From assembly GCA_963762255.1 (NCBI GenBank), contig CAVXKA010000003.1:640001-704000 (forward strand): a stretch of 64,000 nucleotides of DNA, read 5' to 3'. The notes beneath the pieces are model-generated. The model saw nothing but the letters and a program-made list of their open reading frames with translations, was not told the origin of the DNA and ran no database searches. How positions within the stretch are numbered: the first letter of the stretch is position 1; each line of letters opens with the position of its first letter. The translations under genes were made by a program, and so were the position numbers. Below, in pieces: positions 55,538 through 64,000 of this stretch. Source of the DNA: Candidatus Eiseniibacteriota bacterium (GTDB taxonomy: Bacteria; Eisenbacteria; RBG-16-71-46; JABDJR01).

Positions 55538-58213
55538 TCACTTCCCCCGCGCGAATTGCGCGAACCAGTTCTGAGCGATCACGATCCCCGGCTCGGCGTC
55601 AGATCGCTTCTCGTCCTCCGCCTTCCGCAGGAACACGAACCGCTTGCCGTCGGGGGCCACGTCGAAGGCGTCCGGCCAGCCGAAGACCCTCTGCACTCCG
55701 CTGCCTTCGTGGGTGAAGAGGACCTTGGGCGCCCCGAGCGTGAGCGCGGGCTCGTATTCGATGGGAACCGAGATCAGCTTGTTCCCCTCGGTGTAGAAGA
55801 GCTCCTTCCCGTCCCCGCTCCAACGCGGCCAGATGCCTCCCTGAGTCGAGGCCTGCCACTTCCCCTGGCCGCTCGGAAACTCCTTCAGGTAGACCTCGTC
55901 CTTCCCCGATTCGTCGGCGCTGTAGGCCACGTAGCGCCCGTTGGGCGAGAGCTGAGGCCACACATAGGAAGCCGTGGCGGACTTCACGAGGATCTTCGGT
56001 TCTCCCACCAGGGTCGCATCCGGGCCGAGCAGCGCGTACCAGAGGTCCCAGGTCTTGCCGTTGTAGCGGATGTACAGGAGGTACTTGCCGTCCGGTGACA
56101 CCGAGAAGTACCCGCCCGGCACGATCTCGTGCGGAGACCCCGTGCCGTCGCTCCGGCGCGCCATGATGTCAATGTTGGACGAGGTCCCCTCCTGGTAGTA
56201 GATCCACTTTCCGTCCGGCGACCATTCAGGATAGTCCTGAAGATCCTGCTCGAAGGTGAATCGGGTCCGGGTCCCCCGCGCGGTGTCGTAGATCCAGATG
56301 TCCCGGTCGTCTCCCTCGGTGGCTCGTACGGCCACGCGTCCGCCATCGGGCGAGAGCCGCGGCGAGGGATACATCTGCTGCTTTTCGCCGATCGTGCCCT
56401 CGACGGCGCCGCTCCGCGAGATCCATACGAGCTGACTCATCTGTGTGCTGCGCCCCCGAACGTAGAGCAGCGTGCCGTCGTCCGCCACCGCCGGGGCGCC
56501 CCCCTCGGGCGCGACCAGGAACGGCTCTCCCGTCTGTTCGAGCTTGGAGGGCGAGAACGGAACCGCCCACACGCCTCGATTCCCGGGCTCCCGGGCGAAG
56601 ACGACGTGCCCGCTCGCCGAGTACACGGGATGGCTCAGGCTCTGGTCCGCCATCTGGACCACGCGCTTGCGTTCCCGCCCGTCAAAGCAGTCGATCGTGT
56701 CGTACCCGCCCTCTTTCCGATGAACGACGAACACGAAACCGCGGCCGCCGGGAAGCGCGGCGATGTTGTGGAAGTCCTCTTCGCTCGTGGTGTCGGGCTT
56801 CACGATTGCCTTGGCGTCGCCGCCCTGGGCGAGAACTTCCTTGATGTCACTGCTGCCCGTGCAGAAAACGATCTTCTCTCCGGCAAGCCAGGCTCCCGAA
56901 GCGGCGTTGCTGGACGACTCGCCGAGTTCGCACACGAGCGTGGGATCTCCCCCGCTCACCGGCCATTTCCAGAGGCGGGACCCCACGAAGAAGGCGAGCA
57001 CGTTCCCGTCGCGCGACCAGAACGGAGACACCGCGTCCGCGCTGCGAGGAACCTCGGTCGCCTCGAGATGATCCAGGTCGCGCACCCAGAGACGCCCCTG
57101 GGCGGTGTAGGCCATGCGCCGTCCATCGGCGGAGATGGCCAGGGTCGTACCCGCCCCCGCACTCGCCGACGCATCGGCAAGAGGGATCTCGAACTTGCGC
57201 ACGGGAAGTTGTGTCCGCGCGGGTTTCATCGTCCACGCGAGTCCGGCGGCCACGGCGGCGACCACAACGGTCGTGGCGGCGACGATAACGATCCATCGAC
57301 GCGAGGACGTCCCGGCCGCCGCGACAGCCACCGACGGCGACGCCGCGTCCACGTCTCCCGCGAGCACGTCGTCGATGGTGATGCGCGCGTCGCCGATGTC
57401 GCGCAACCGCTTCGATGGATCACGCTGCAGGCACCGCCGGATCATCCGCCGGATCGGCGCCGGCGTGGACTCCGGCAGCGCGCTCCAATCCGGATCGGTC
57501 TTGAGCACGGACGCAAGCGTGTCCGAGATCGTCTCCCCGGCAAAGAGCCGCTTGCCGGTCAGCATCTCGAAGAGGATCACTCCCCACGCCCAGATGTCGG
57601 CGCGCTTGTCCGCGGCCCTCCCGCGCGCTTGCTCCGGACTCATGTAGGCGGCGGTACCGAGGATCACGTTGGCCGCGGTCAAGTGGCCGGTGATGGTCGG
57701 CGACTGGGTCATGAGCCCGGTGCCCTCCATCGGGCGATCTCCCTCCAGCGCCTTGGCCAGACCGAAGTCGAGAACCTTCACTTGCCCCTGGGCGGTCAAC
57801 TTCACGTTCGCCGGCTTGAGGTCCCGGTGCACCACGCCGCGCTCGTGCGCGGCCTCCAAGGCGTCGGCGATCTGACGCGCGATGCGCAGTGCCTCGTCGA
57901 GCGGAATCGCGCCGGCTTGGATGCGCTCCTCCAGTGTCGGCCCCTCGACCAGCTCCAGCACCAACGCGCGGTCGTTTCCGCTCTCCTCCAGACCGTAGAT
58001 GGCGCCGATGTGCGGGTGATTCAGCGAGGCCAGCACCTGCGCCTCGCGGCGGAACCGGGCGAGCCGCTCCGGGTCTTCGAGGAATGCGGCGGGGAGCATC
58101 TTGAGCGCGACCTCGCGGCCCAGCTTGGAGTCGCTGGCGCGATAGACCACGCCCATGCCGCCCTCGCCGATCTTGGCCAGAATCCTGTAGTGGGAGACGG
58201 ATTTCTCTTCCAT
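55538..58213 (-). CDS. Hanks-type Ser/Thr kinase with TM segment and TolB-like (PD40) beta-propellers
   Basis: IGEGGMGVVY, VALK, HRDLKPAN, DFG, GTAAYMSPEQ; WSPDG/SPDG repeats. Confidence 0.93.
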   Translation of the reverse strand: MEEKSVSHYRILAKIGEGGMGVVYRASDSKLGREVALKMLPAAFLEDPERLARFRREAQVLASLNHPHIGAIYGLEESGNDRALVLELVEGPTLEERIQAGAIPLDEALRIARQIADALEAAHERGVVHRDLKPANVKLTAQGQVKVLDFGLAKALEGDRPMEGTGLMTQSPTITGHLTAANVILGTAAYMSPEQARGRAADKRADIWAWGVILFEMLTGKRLFAGETISDTLASVLKTDPDWSALPESTPAPIRRMIRRCLQRDPSKRLRDIGDARITIDDVLAGDVDAASPSVAVAAAGTSSRRWIVIVAATTVVVAAVAAGLAWTMKPARTQLPVRKFEIPLADASASAGAGTTLAISADGRRMAYTAQGRLWVRDLDHLEATEVPRSADAVSPFWSRDGNVLAFFVGSRLWKWPVSGGDPTLVCELGESSSNAASGAWLAGEKIVFCTGSSDIKEVLAQGGDAKAIVKPDTTSEEDFHNIAALPGGRGFVFVVHRKEGGYDTIDCFDGRERKRVVQMADQSLSHPVYSASGHVVFAREPGNRGVWAVPFSPSKLEQTGEPFLVAPEGGAPAVADDGTLLYVRGRSTQMSQLVWISRSGAVEGTIGEKQQMYPSPRLSPDGGRVAVRATEGDDRDIWIYDTARGTRTRFTFEQDLQDYPEWSPDGKWIYYQEGTSSNIDIMARRSDGTGSPHEIVPGGYFSVSPDGKYLLYIRYNGKTWDLWYALLGPDATLVGEPKILVKSATASYVWPQLSPNGRYVAYSADESGKDEVYLKEFPSGQGKWQASTQGGIWPRWSGDGKELFYTEGNKLISVPIEYEPALTLGAPKVLFTHEGSGVQRVFGWPDAFDVAPDGKRFVFLRKAEDEKRSDAEPGIVIAQNWFAQFARGK

Positions 58214-58319
58214 GGGTTCGGCTGCCTCGCTGGGTGGGGATCACAAATGCCGCGAAGTGGGCCGCTAAGTTAAATGGACTCCGGGCATGAAGCGCCCGAG
58301 GAGCCGGGAGGGACAAAGT

Positions 58320-58395
<76 letters not shown>

Positions 58396-58462
58396 ATCCG
58401 GTCATCGCGCCGGGCGTGAAACTCCGACGCTCGAATCGCGTCCGTGAGCCCCGGCGCAAAGC

Positions 58463-58490
58463 TCGGCGGGCGTCCGGAGACGCCCGCCGA
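58463..58490. terminator. 12-bp GC hairpin between ssb and tRNA-Lys
   Basis: TCGGCGGGCGTC-CGGA-GACGCCCGCCGA; weak U-tract. Confidence 0.45.
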
Positions 58491-58533
58491 AAGCGCGCAG
58501 AACCATAACAAACGACCCCGATGGGGTCAACCG

Positions 58534-58980
58534 TCAGAACGGCAGGTCGTCGTCGCTCGCAGGAGCCTCGTCGCCGCCCACAGGTGCGAACTGCGTGTCC
58601 TCGCCGACACCGCCCTCGGCCGCACCGCCGCCGCCCTCGCCGCGGCCGCCGACCATGACGAGGTCATTCGCCTTGATCTCGGTGGAGTAGCGCGTATTCC
58701 CCTGCTGATCCTGGTACTGGCGGGTCTGGAGACTCCCCTCGATGTACACTTGGCGGCCCTTTTTCAGGTACTGCCCGACGATCTCGGCGAGCTTTCCCCA
58801 GGCCACGACCCGGTGCCATTCCGTCTTCTCGACCCGCTCGCCGCTCGTCTTGTCGTTGTACGACTCGTTGGTGGCGATGCGGAGGTTGGCGACCGCGGTG
58901 CCGCCCTGGGTGTAGCGCACCTCGGGGTCGGCTCCCAGATGGCCGAGAAGGATGACCTTGTTGACGCTGCGTGTTGCCAT
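58534..58980 (-). CDS. ssb: Single-stranded DNA-binding protein
   Basis: [38 protein letters not shown]-terminal DDDLPF. Confidence 0.97.
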   Translation of the reverse strand: MATRSVNKVILLGHLGADPEVRYTQGGTAVANLRIATNESYNDKTSGERVEKTEWHRVVAWGKLAEIVGQYLKKGRQVYIEGSLQTRQYQDQQGNTRYSTEIKANDLVMVGGRGEGGGGAAEGGVGEDTQFAPVGGDEAPASDDDLPF

Positions 58981-59095
58981 GCGGATTCCTTTCACGCGCC
59001 CCCGGCGATCATGCCGGACCGGCGCCACAAACGACGGGGTCCTCGCGGACGGGACCGGAGGACGGGGGAAGGCGGGATAGGAAAACCTGGAAATG

Positions 59096-59124
59096 ACGGT
59101 AGTGCAGGCCGGGACCGCGGTCAA
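59096..59124 (-). promoter_or_regulatory. Putative sigma70 promoter of ssb
   Basis: TTGACC-17 bp-TACCGT. Confidence 0.45.
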
Positions 59125-59132
59125 GGCCGGCG

Positions 59133-59161
59133 TTGAATCGGGGAGGGGCCGGTGCTAGGAT
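59133..59161 (+). promoter_or_regulatory. Putative sigma70 promoter of tRNA-Pro/His
   Basis: TTGAAT-17 bp-TAGGAT with a TG extension. Confidence 0.6.
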
Positions 59162-59212
59162 GGCGGGCCGCTTTCGCATTGGACGGGTTGCCGGCGGCAA
59201 CCCCTGCGACCT

Positions 59213-59289
59213 CGGGGCGTAGCGCAGTTTGGTAGCGCACCTGCTTTGGGAGCAGGGGGTCGTAGGTTCGAATCCTATCGCCCCGACCA
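59213..59289 (+). tRNA. tRNA-Pro(TGG)
   Basis: CGGGGCGTAGCGCAG...CCTGC-TT-TGG-GA-GCAGG...GGTTCGAATCC...CGCCCCGACCA. Confidence 0.97.
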
Positions 59290-59324
59290 CTTCGCCGAGA
59301 GGCGTCACGACACACCGTTCAGGC

Positions 59325-59401
59325 GGTGGGTGTAGCTCAGTTGGTAGAGCACCGGACTGTGGCTCCGGCTGTCGCGGGTTCAAATCCCGTCACCCACCCC
59401 A
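59325..59401 (+). tRNA. tRNA-His(GTG)
   Basis: G-1 then GTGGGTG; CCGGA-CT-GTG-GC-TCCGG; C discriminator and CCA. Confidence 0.96.
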
Positions 59402-59438
59402 TTCTTCGCCGGATGGGGCGTCTTCCCCGGCCGCGGCG

Positions 59439-61550
59439 TCACACCGATCGTGGGACGCAGGGCAGGGCCACCTGTCCATCCTCATCCATCAGCGGCGTCG
59501 GCGGAGCCACGGCACGCCCCTGCGCGTATCCCACCCCCAGCTCCCGCAGCTTGTGCAGAACGGTATCGCTCTCGACCTCCTCCGCGATCGTGGTGATGCC
59601 CATGATCCGACCGACCTCGTTGACGGCGCTCACGAGAGTGCCGTACACGGGGTCTTCGGCGACGCGCCGCACGTAGTGGCCGCCGATCTTCACGTAGTCG
59701 ACCGGCAGCGCCTTGAGGTAGGCGAACGAGGCCAGCCCGCTGCCGAAGTCATCCAGCCCGACTCCGCAACCCACCGCGCGGAGTTCGGAAATGAGGCGCA
59801 CCAACTGGGCGAAGTTCCCGAGCGCCGCCGCCTCGGCGATCTCGAAGCTCAAGACCTCCGGCGGAAGTCGGTGCTGCGTCAAGTACTCGCGGAGCGCGGG
59901 GACCAGATCCGAGTCGTTCAGCGAGGAAGCGCTGAGGTTGATGGAGCAGAGGGGCAGCTCGCAATCCGGGTGGTTCAGATGCCACGCGGCCAGAAGCGTG
60001 ACCGTCTGCCGCACGACCCAGCGGTCGATCGCAGGTATCAGCCGGAAGCGCTCCGCCTGCGGGAGGAAAGAGTCGGGGGTCTCCGCACCGCCCTGCTCAT
60101 CCGGCAGGCGCAGGAGAATCTCGCACCGTGGACGGGCTTGGGGCTGCGGCGCCAGAGGTACGATCGCTTGAGAGAACAGTTGAAAACGACCATCCTCCAC
60201 CGCGCGCGTCAGGCGCGTGATCCGTCGGGTCTCCACCTCCTGCTGAACCCCGGGGGGCACCTCCGGCCCGACATGGACACGGTTGCCTCCCGCCTCCTTG
60301 GCCACAAAGCAGGCATTGTCGGCGGCGCGCAGGACGTCGGCCGTTCGTCCGCTCACCGCCGTGATCGGGACGACGCCGATGCTGGCGCCGAGCGAGAAAC
60401 TCCGTCCCTCCCACTCAAAGTGGAATCCTTCGATGGCCCGCTGGAGGTTGCCGGCGATTTCCTCGGCCTTGTCCGACGAGCAATGTTCCAGGAGGATGCC
60501 GAACTCGTCTCCGCCGAGCCGCGCGACCGTGTCGCGGCTGCGCAGACGACCGGCCAAGAGCTTCCCGATCGTCCTGAGGAGGCCGTCTCCGGCCTCGTGA
60601 CCGCACGTATCGTTCACGAGCTTGAATCGGTCCAGATCCAGGTAGCACAGAGCGTGCTCCGCCGTACCGATCGCCCCCTCCGCCAGCACCTGCGCCAGGC
60701 GGCGCTCGAACTCCTGCCGGCTGATCAGACCGGTGAGGGAATCGTGGGTCGCATCGTGAGAGAGCTTGCGGACCGAGCGACGCCTTTCGGTGACGTCATG
60801 AAAGACCAACACCACCCCGATCGTGGCCCCATTGGGGTCGCGGAGCGGGGCCGCCGAGTCTCCGATCGCCACTTCCGTCCCGTCGCGGCGCAGCAGAAGT
60901 ACGCCGTCAACCAGGTCCACCGCGCGTCCTTCTTGAAGACAGCGGTCAGGGATGCTCTCGATGGGCTGCCGCGTCGCCTCGGAGACGAGAGCAAGGACGG
61001 TGCCCAGGGGCTGCCCCAGCGCTTCGGTCGTGCGCCAGCCGGTAAGCCGCTCCGCCGTGGGGTTCAGATACGTGATCGTCCCAGCAACGTCGGTCGTGAT
61101 GACGGCATCCGCGATCGATGCCAGGGTGACGGAGGCTTGCTCCTTCTCCCGGAAGAGGGCCTCCTGAGCGCGCCGCCACTTGGTGAGATCGCGAATCGTC
61201 ACCAACTCGAGCGCGTCTTGACCGGGGCATAAGGGGCCGCGGTTGAACTCCGCCGGGAACTCGGTCCCATCCTGCCGTCGGGCAAACAGGCTGACCGGAG
61301 CACGCTTCGGCGGAATCCGCGGCGACTCGCCATCACCAGCGGGCTGCGACTCGGTGAGACGTTGGAAGCGCAGGGGAACGACCCGATCCAGAGGTTCGCC
61401 CAATAACTCCCCCTCCCTCCATCCGAAGAGTCGCTCGGCCTCCGGATTCAGGGCGATCACGATGCCCCGCGCGTCGACGACGAGCATGGCGTCGGAGACG
61501 GCGGCAAGAAGCTGCCGGAATCCCATTTCCCGCACTTGATCATTGGCCAT
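59439..61550 (-). CDS. PAS-PAS-GGDEF-EAL c-di-GMP protein
   Basis: Two PAS domains; HDSLTGL, DLDRFKLVND, RLGGDEF; EILLR, DDFGSG, VKI, AEEVE, QG. Confidence 0.92.
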   Translation of the reverse strand: MANDQVREMGFRQLLAAVSDAMLVVDARGIVIALNPEAERLFGWREGELLGEPLDRVVPLRFQRLTESQPAGDGESPRIPPKRAPVSLFARRQDGTEFPAEFNRGPLCPGQDALELVTIRDLTKWRRAQEALFREKEQASVTLASIADAVITTDVAGTITYLNPTAERLTGWRTTEALGQPLGTVLALVSEATRQPIESIPDRCLQEGRAVDLVDGVLLLRRDGTEVAIGDSAAPLRDPNGATIGVVLVFHDVTERRRSVRKLSHDATHDSLTGLISRQEFERRLAQVLAEGAIGTAEHALCYLDLDRFKLVNDTCGHEAGDGLLRTIGKLLAGRLRSRDTVARLGGDEFGILLEHCSSDKAEEIAGNLQRAIEGFHFEWEGRSFSLGASIGVVPITAVSGRTADVLRAADNACFVAKEAGGNRVHVGPEVPPGVQQEVETRRITRLTRAVEDGRFQLFSQAIVPLAPQPQARPRCEILLRLPDEQGGAETPDSFLPQAERFRLIPAIDRWVVRQTVTLLAAWHLNHPDCELPLCSINLSASSLNDSDLVPALREYLTQHRLPPEVLSFEIAEAAALGNFAQLVRLISELRAVGCGVGLDDFGSGLASFAYLKALPVDYVKIGGHYVRRVAEDPVYGTLVSAVNEVGRIMGITTIAEEVESDTVLHKLRELGVGYAQGRAVAPPTPLMDEDGQVALPCVPRSV

Positions 61551-61740
61551 GGTCGGCAAACCTCCGATCTACGGGGGCCGAACTGTGGCTCCGAGGCCGC
61601 GCGAAACACTTGATGCTTCAAACCCTAATTCAATCAGAAGTCCCGGAGCGATCCGCACCATAAATACAGCCTATACCGTAAAACAACCCGCAGCGGTATG
61701 CAAGGCGGTTTTCGCAGGGGGTGCACCCGCCTCGCGTCCC

Positions 61741-61749
61741 TGATACCAT
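61741..61749 (+). promoter_or_regulatory. Extended -10 (TGATACCAT) for tRNA-Arg
   Basis: TGnTACCAT ending 14 nt before the tRNA. Confidence 0.5.
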
Positions 61750-61763
61750 TCCCCGCCGCACGG

Positions 61764-61840
<77 letters not shown>

Positions 61841-61896
61841 TTTCTTCAGTTTCGCGGTCACCCGACGCCGACTCGGACCCAGCCGCCACGAACCCA

Positions 61897-62430
61897 TCAG
61901 TGAGGTGAGTCGGCCGATTCTCCAACTTCGATGGGCACCGGGTAGTCGTGCCACTCGACGATCTCCCAGCCGATGGCGCCCTTCTTCTTCCCAGTGTCCT
62001 TGGGACGGACCAGAAGCTCCTGCCGGTTGAGATCGACCTGCATGGGCTCCTTGTTCTTGACCATCACCCGCATTTGACCGCCCTGGACCGGGATCATCAT
62101 CCATCCATCGCGGCCGCGCCCCTCCGCCGCCTTGGCCGCGGAGTAATCGAGTCGAAAGACCAACTGCTCGACATCCGGTGTGCGGAAGAGGTTTCCGGTG
62201 GCCATGACCTCTTCCTCTTTCCCCCACTCCAGGACGTCGCCGGAATCCGCACCCGCCGGCTCGAACGAATACTTGAAGTCCGGCGCGAACAGCGAGGCAT
62301 AGAGGCTGTCATCGCGGGTTTCGTACGCCCGCATGAGTCCCTGCACGACTTCGGTGGGATCGGATTGCCGGCGGCCGCAGCCGCTCCCCAGAATCACCAG
62401 CGCCAACACCACGAGGCCAAACCGCTTCAT
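61897..62430 (-). CDS. Lipoprotein, probable NTF2-like fold
   Basis: Lipobox GSGC; AYETRD..LYASLFAPDF.Y, WEIVEWHD; ATGA overlap with rdgB. Confidence 0.7.
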   Translation of the reverse strand: MKRFGLVVLALVILGSGCGRRQSDPTEVVQGLMRAYETRDDSLYASLFAPDFKYSFEPAGADSGDVLEWGKEEEVMATGNLFRTPDVEQLVFRLDYSAAKAAEGRGRDGWMMIPVQGGQMRVMVKNKEPMQVDLNRQELLVRPKDTGKKKGAIGWEIVEWHDYPVPIEVGESADSPH

Positions 62431-63044
62431 GTGGATTCCTTGTCGGAAAGTGCGTCGAGAAAGCTCCGCACCGCCGCGAGCGCCCGGCCTCGGTGGCTCA
62501 CGCGATGCTTGTCCGCCGAATCCATCTCGGCGAAGGTCCGCCCCGTCTCCGCGGACACGAAGAGAGGATCGTACCCGAACCCGGAGTCACCGCGCGGCTC
62601 GCCACCGATGCGGCCCCGTGTCTCGCCCGTGAAGACCCTGAGTTCGCCGTCCGGCGCGGCCAGGGCCACCACGCAACGAAAGGCCGCCCCTCGGTCCTCC
62701 CCGCGGACCCCGGAAAGGGCGCCCAAGAGTCTAGCGCAATTGGCGGCCGGATCCTGCGCCTCTCCCGCGTAGCGGGCGCTACGCACTCCCGGCGCGCCTC
62801 CCAGCACGTCCACGAACAGGCCGGTATCGTCGGCGAGGGTGAGGAGGCCGGTCGCCGCCGCGCCGGCCCGCGCCTTCAGCACCGCGTTCTCCTCCAGCGA
62901 CTCGCCGGTCTCGGGAACGTCGGGGTTCCACCCCGCGTCGGCCGGAGAGACCACTTCGATCCCGCCCGCCGCGAGCAGCTCGCGCATCTCGGCGAGCTTC
63001 CCGGCGTTGCCGGTCGCAATCAGAAGCCTCGCCGGCCGATTCAT
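62427..63044 (-). CDS. rdgB: dITP/XTP pyrophosphatase RdgB (HAM1)
   Basis: ATGNAGKLAE, ENAVLKA, ADDTGL, PGVRSARYAG, GFGYDPLF, SHRGRA. Confidence 0.95.
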   Translation of the reverse strand: MNRPARLLIATGNAGKLAEMRELLAAGGIEVVSPADAGWNPDVPETGESLEENAVLKARAGAAATGLLTLADDTGLFVDVLGGAPGVRSARYAGEAQDPAANCARLLGALSGVRGEDRGAAFRCVVALAAPDGELRVFTGETRGRIGGEPRGDSGFGYDPLFVSAETGRTFAEMDSADKHRVSHRGRALAAVRSFLDALSDKEST

Positions 63045-63778
63045 ACCGTGCGGTCGTCGGGAAGCGCGAGCGCGCGTCGCTGCAGTTCGGTCAGCTCACG
63101 GCAGCCGAGATCGGCGAGGTCGAGCAACCGACCGAGCCCGTCGCGGGAGAACGGACGGCCCTCGGCGGTTCCCTGCACCTCGACATAGCTCCCGCCGCCG
63201 GTGCGCACCACGTTGAGATCGACCTCCGCATGCGAGTCCTCTTCATAGCACAGGTCGAGATGTGCTGACGAGCCCACGATGCCGACGCTCACCGCCGACA
63301 CCAACTCGCGCATGGGGTGGTATGGGATGCGCTCCTGCTCGACGAGAAACGCGAACGCCTGGTGCAACGCCACGCACGCACCGGTCACCGACGCCGTGCG
63401 CGTGCCGCCGTCCGCTTCGATTACGTCGCAGTCGAGCACGACGGTGCGCTCGCCGAAGCTCTGCAGGTCGATTACCGCGCGCAGGGAGCGCCCGATCAAG
63501 CGCTGGATCTCGAGGGTGCGGCCGCCTTGCCGCCCCTGCGCGGCCTCGCGCGGGATGCGGCTGGAGGAGGAGCGGGGCAGCATGCCGTACTCCGCGGTCA
63601 CCCACCCGCGGCCCGAGCCCTTGAGAAAGGGCGGCACCTTGTCCTCCACGGTCGCCGCGCAGAGCACGATGGTTCCGCCCACGGCGATGCGCGCCGAGCC
63701 CTCGGCGTGGCGCAGCACGCCGACCTCGATCGTGGTGGGACGGAGCTGGTCGAGACGGCGGCCGTCGCTTCGGGTCAT
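63041..63778 (-). CDS. rph: Ribonuclease PH
   Basis: GWVTAEYGMLP, RTLEIQRLIGRSLR, DCDVIEADGGTRTAS, DLCYEEDS, EVQGTAE. Confidence 0.97.
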   Translation of the reverse strand: MTRSDGRRLDQLRPTTIEVGVLRHAEGSARIAVGGTIVLCAATVEDKVPPFLKGSGRGWVTAEYGMLPRSSSSRIPREAAQGRQGGRTLEIQRLIGRSLRAVIDLQSFGERTVVLDCDVIEADGGTRTASVTGACVALHQAFAFLVEQERIPYHPMRELVSAVSVGIVGSSAHLDLCYEEDSHAEVDLNVVRTGGGSYVEVQGTAEGRPFSRDGLGRLLDLADLGCRELTELQRRALALPDDRTV

Positions 63779-64000
63779 CGAGTCTCCTCGCGCCGGGCGG
63801 CTCCGGCCCAGCGGTCGTACCAGGGAAGATCGGATTGGTCCACCGCTTCGACGTTGCCGAGGCCGGCGTCGCCCAGGAACCGGCGTCCCTCAGCATGAAA
63901 CTTTTCGGGCTGATCGCTGACGAAAAACCGATGGTGCGCACGGGATCCGGTCGGAGCGAGCGCCGCCACGCCGGCGAGATGCTCGGAGACCTCGGCGGCG
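63775..64000 (-). CDS. murI: Probable glutamate racemase, C-terminal part (runs off window end)
   Basis: HRFFVSDQPEKF....RRFLG tail; conserved murI-rph-rdgB gene order; ATGA overlap with rph. Confidence 0.7.
   Translation of the reverse strand, partial: AAEVSEHLAGVAALAPTGSRAHHRFFVSDQPEKFHAEGRRFLGDAGLGNVEAVDQSDLPWYDRWAGAARREETR

Overview
GC-rich bacterial chromosomal window. C-terminal FlgD-Ig/T9SS-like domains and many TWGx[IV]K-tailed proteins suggest an FCB-related lineage such as Ca. Eisenbacteria or Krumholzibacteriota (inference). In order: an AbiEi/AbiEii type IV toxin-antitoxin pair with a perfect 23-3-23 bp operator; a surface-protein cluster (methyltransferase, TMTC-like glycosyltransferase, two alkaline-phosphatase-superfamily lipoproteins, four Cys-rich TWGxIK-tailed secreted paralogs, one dockerin-like secreted protein); a housekeeping operon (yggS-PNP-ileS-dksA-like-lspA-rluD-rsbV-rsbW-ruvX-mltG-DUF3098-tRNA-Val); accessory genes (DJ-1, Tat-exported SOD, GT-C, ALDH7, thioredoxin/beta-barrel fusion, P3A H+-ATPase with DedA, SUMF1-like, MFS, S9 peptidase, kinase-like orphan, aspartyl protease, two LTD-endonuclease I proteins, two more TWG proteins, DASS transporter); tmRNA followed by an array of its own 3' ends; a Ser/Thr kinase; tRNAs Lys, Pro, His and Arg; ssb; a PAS-GGDEF-EAL protein; and murI-rph-rdgB. 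The best candidates for undescribed biology are the TWGx[IV]K C-terminal sorting motif with its possible cohesin/dockerin-like, glycosylated surface assembly, the tmRNA 3'-end array, and the thioredoxin-barrel fusion. Three apparent single-base frameshifts may be assembly errors. All family calls come from motif recognition by eye; no searches were run.
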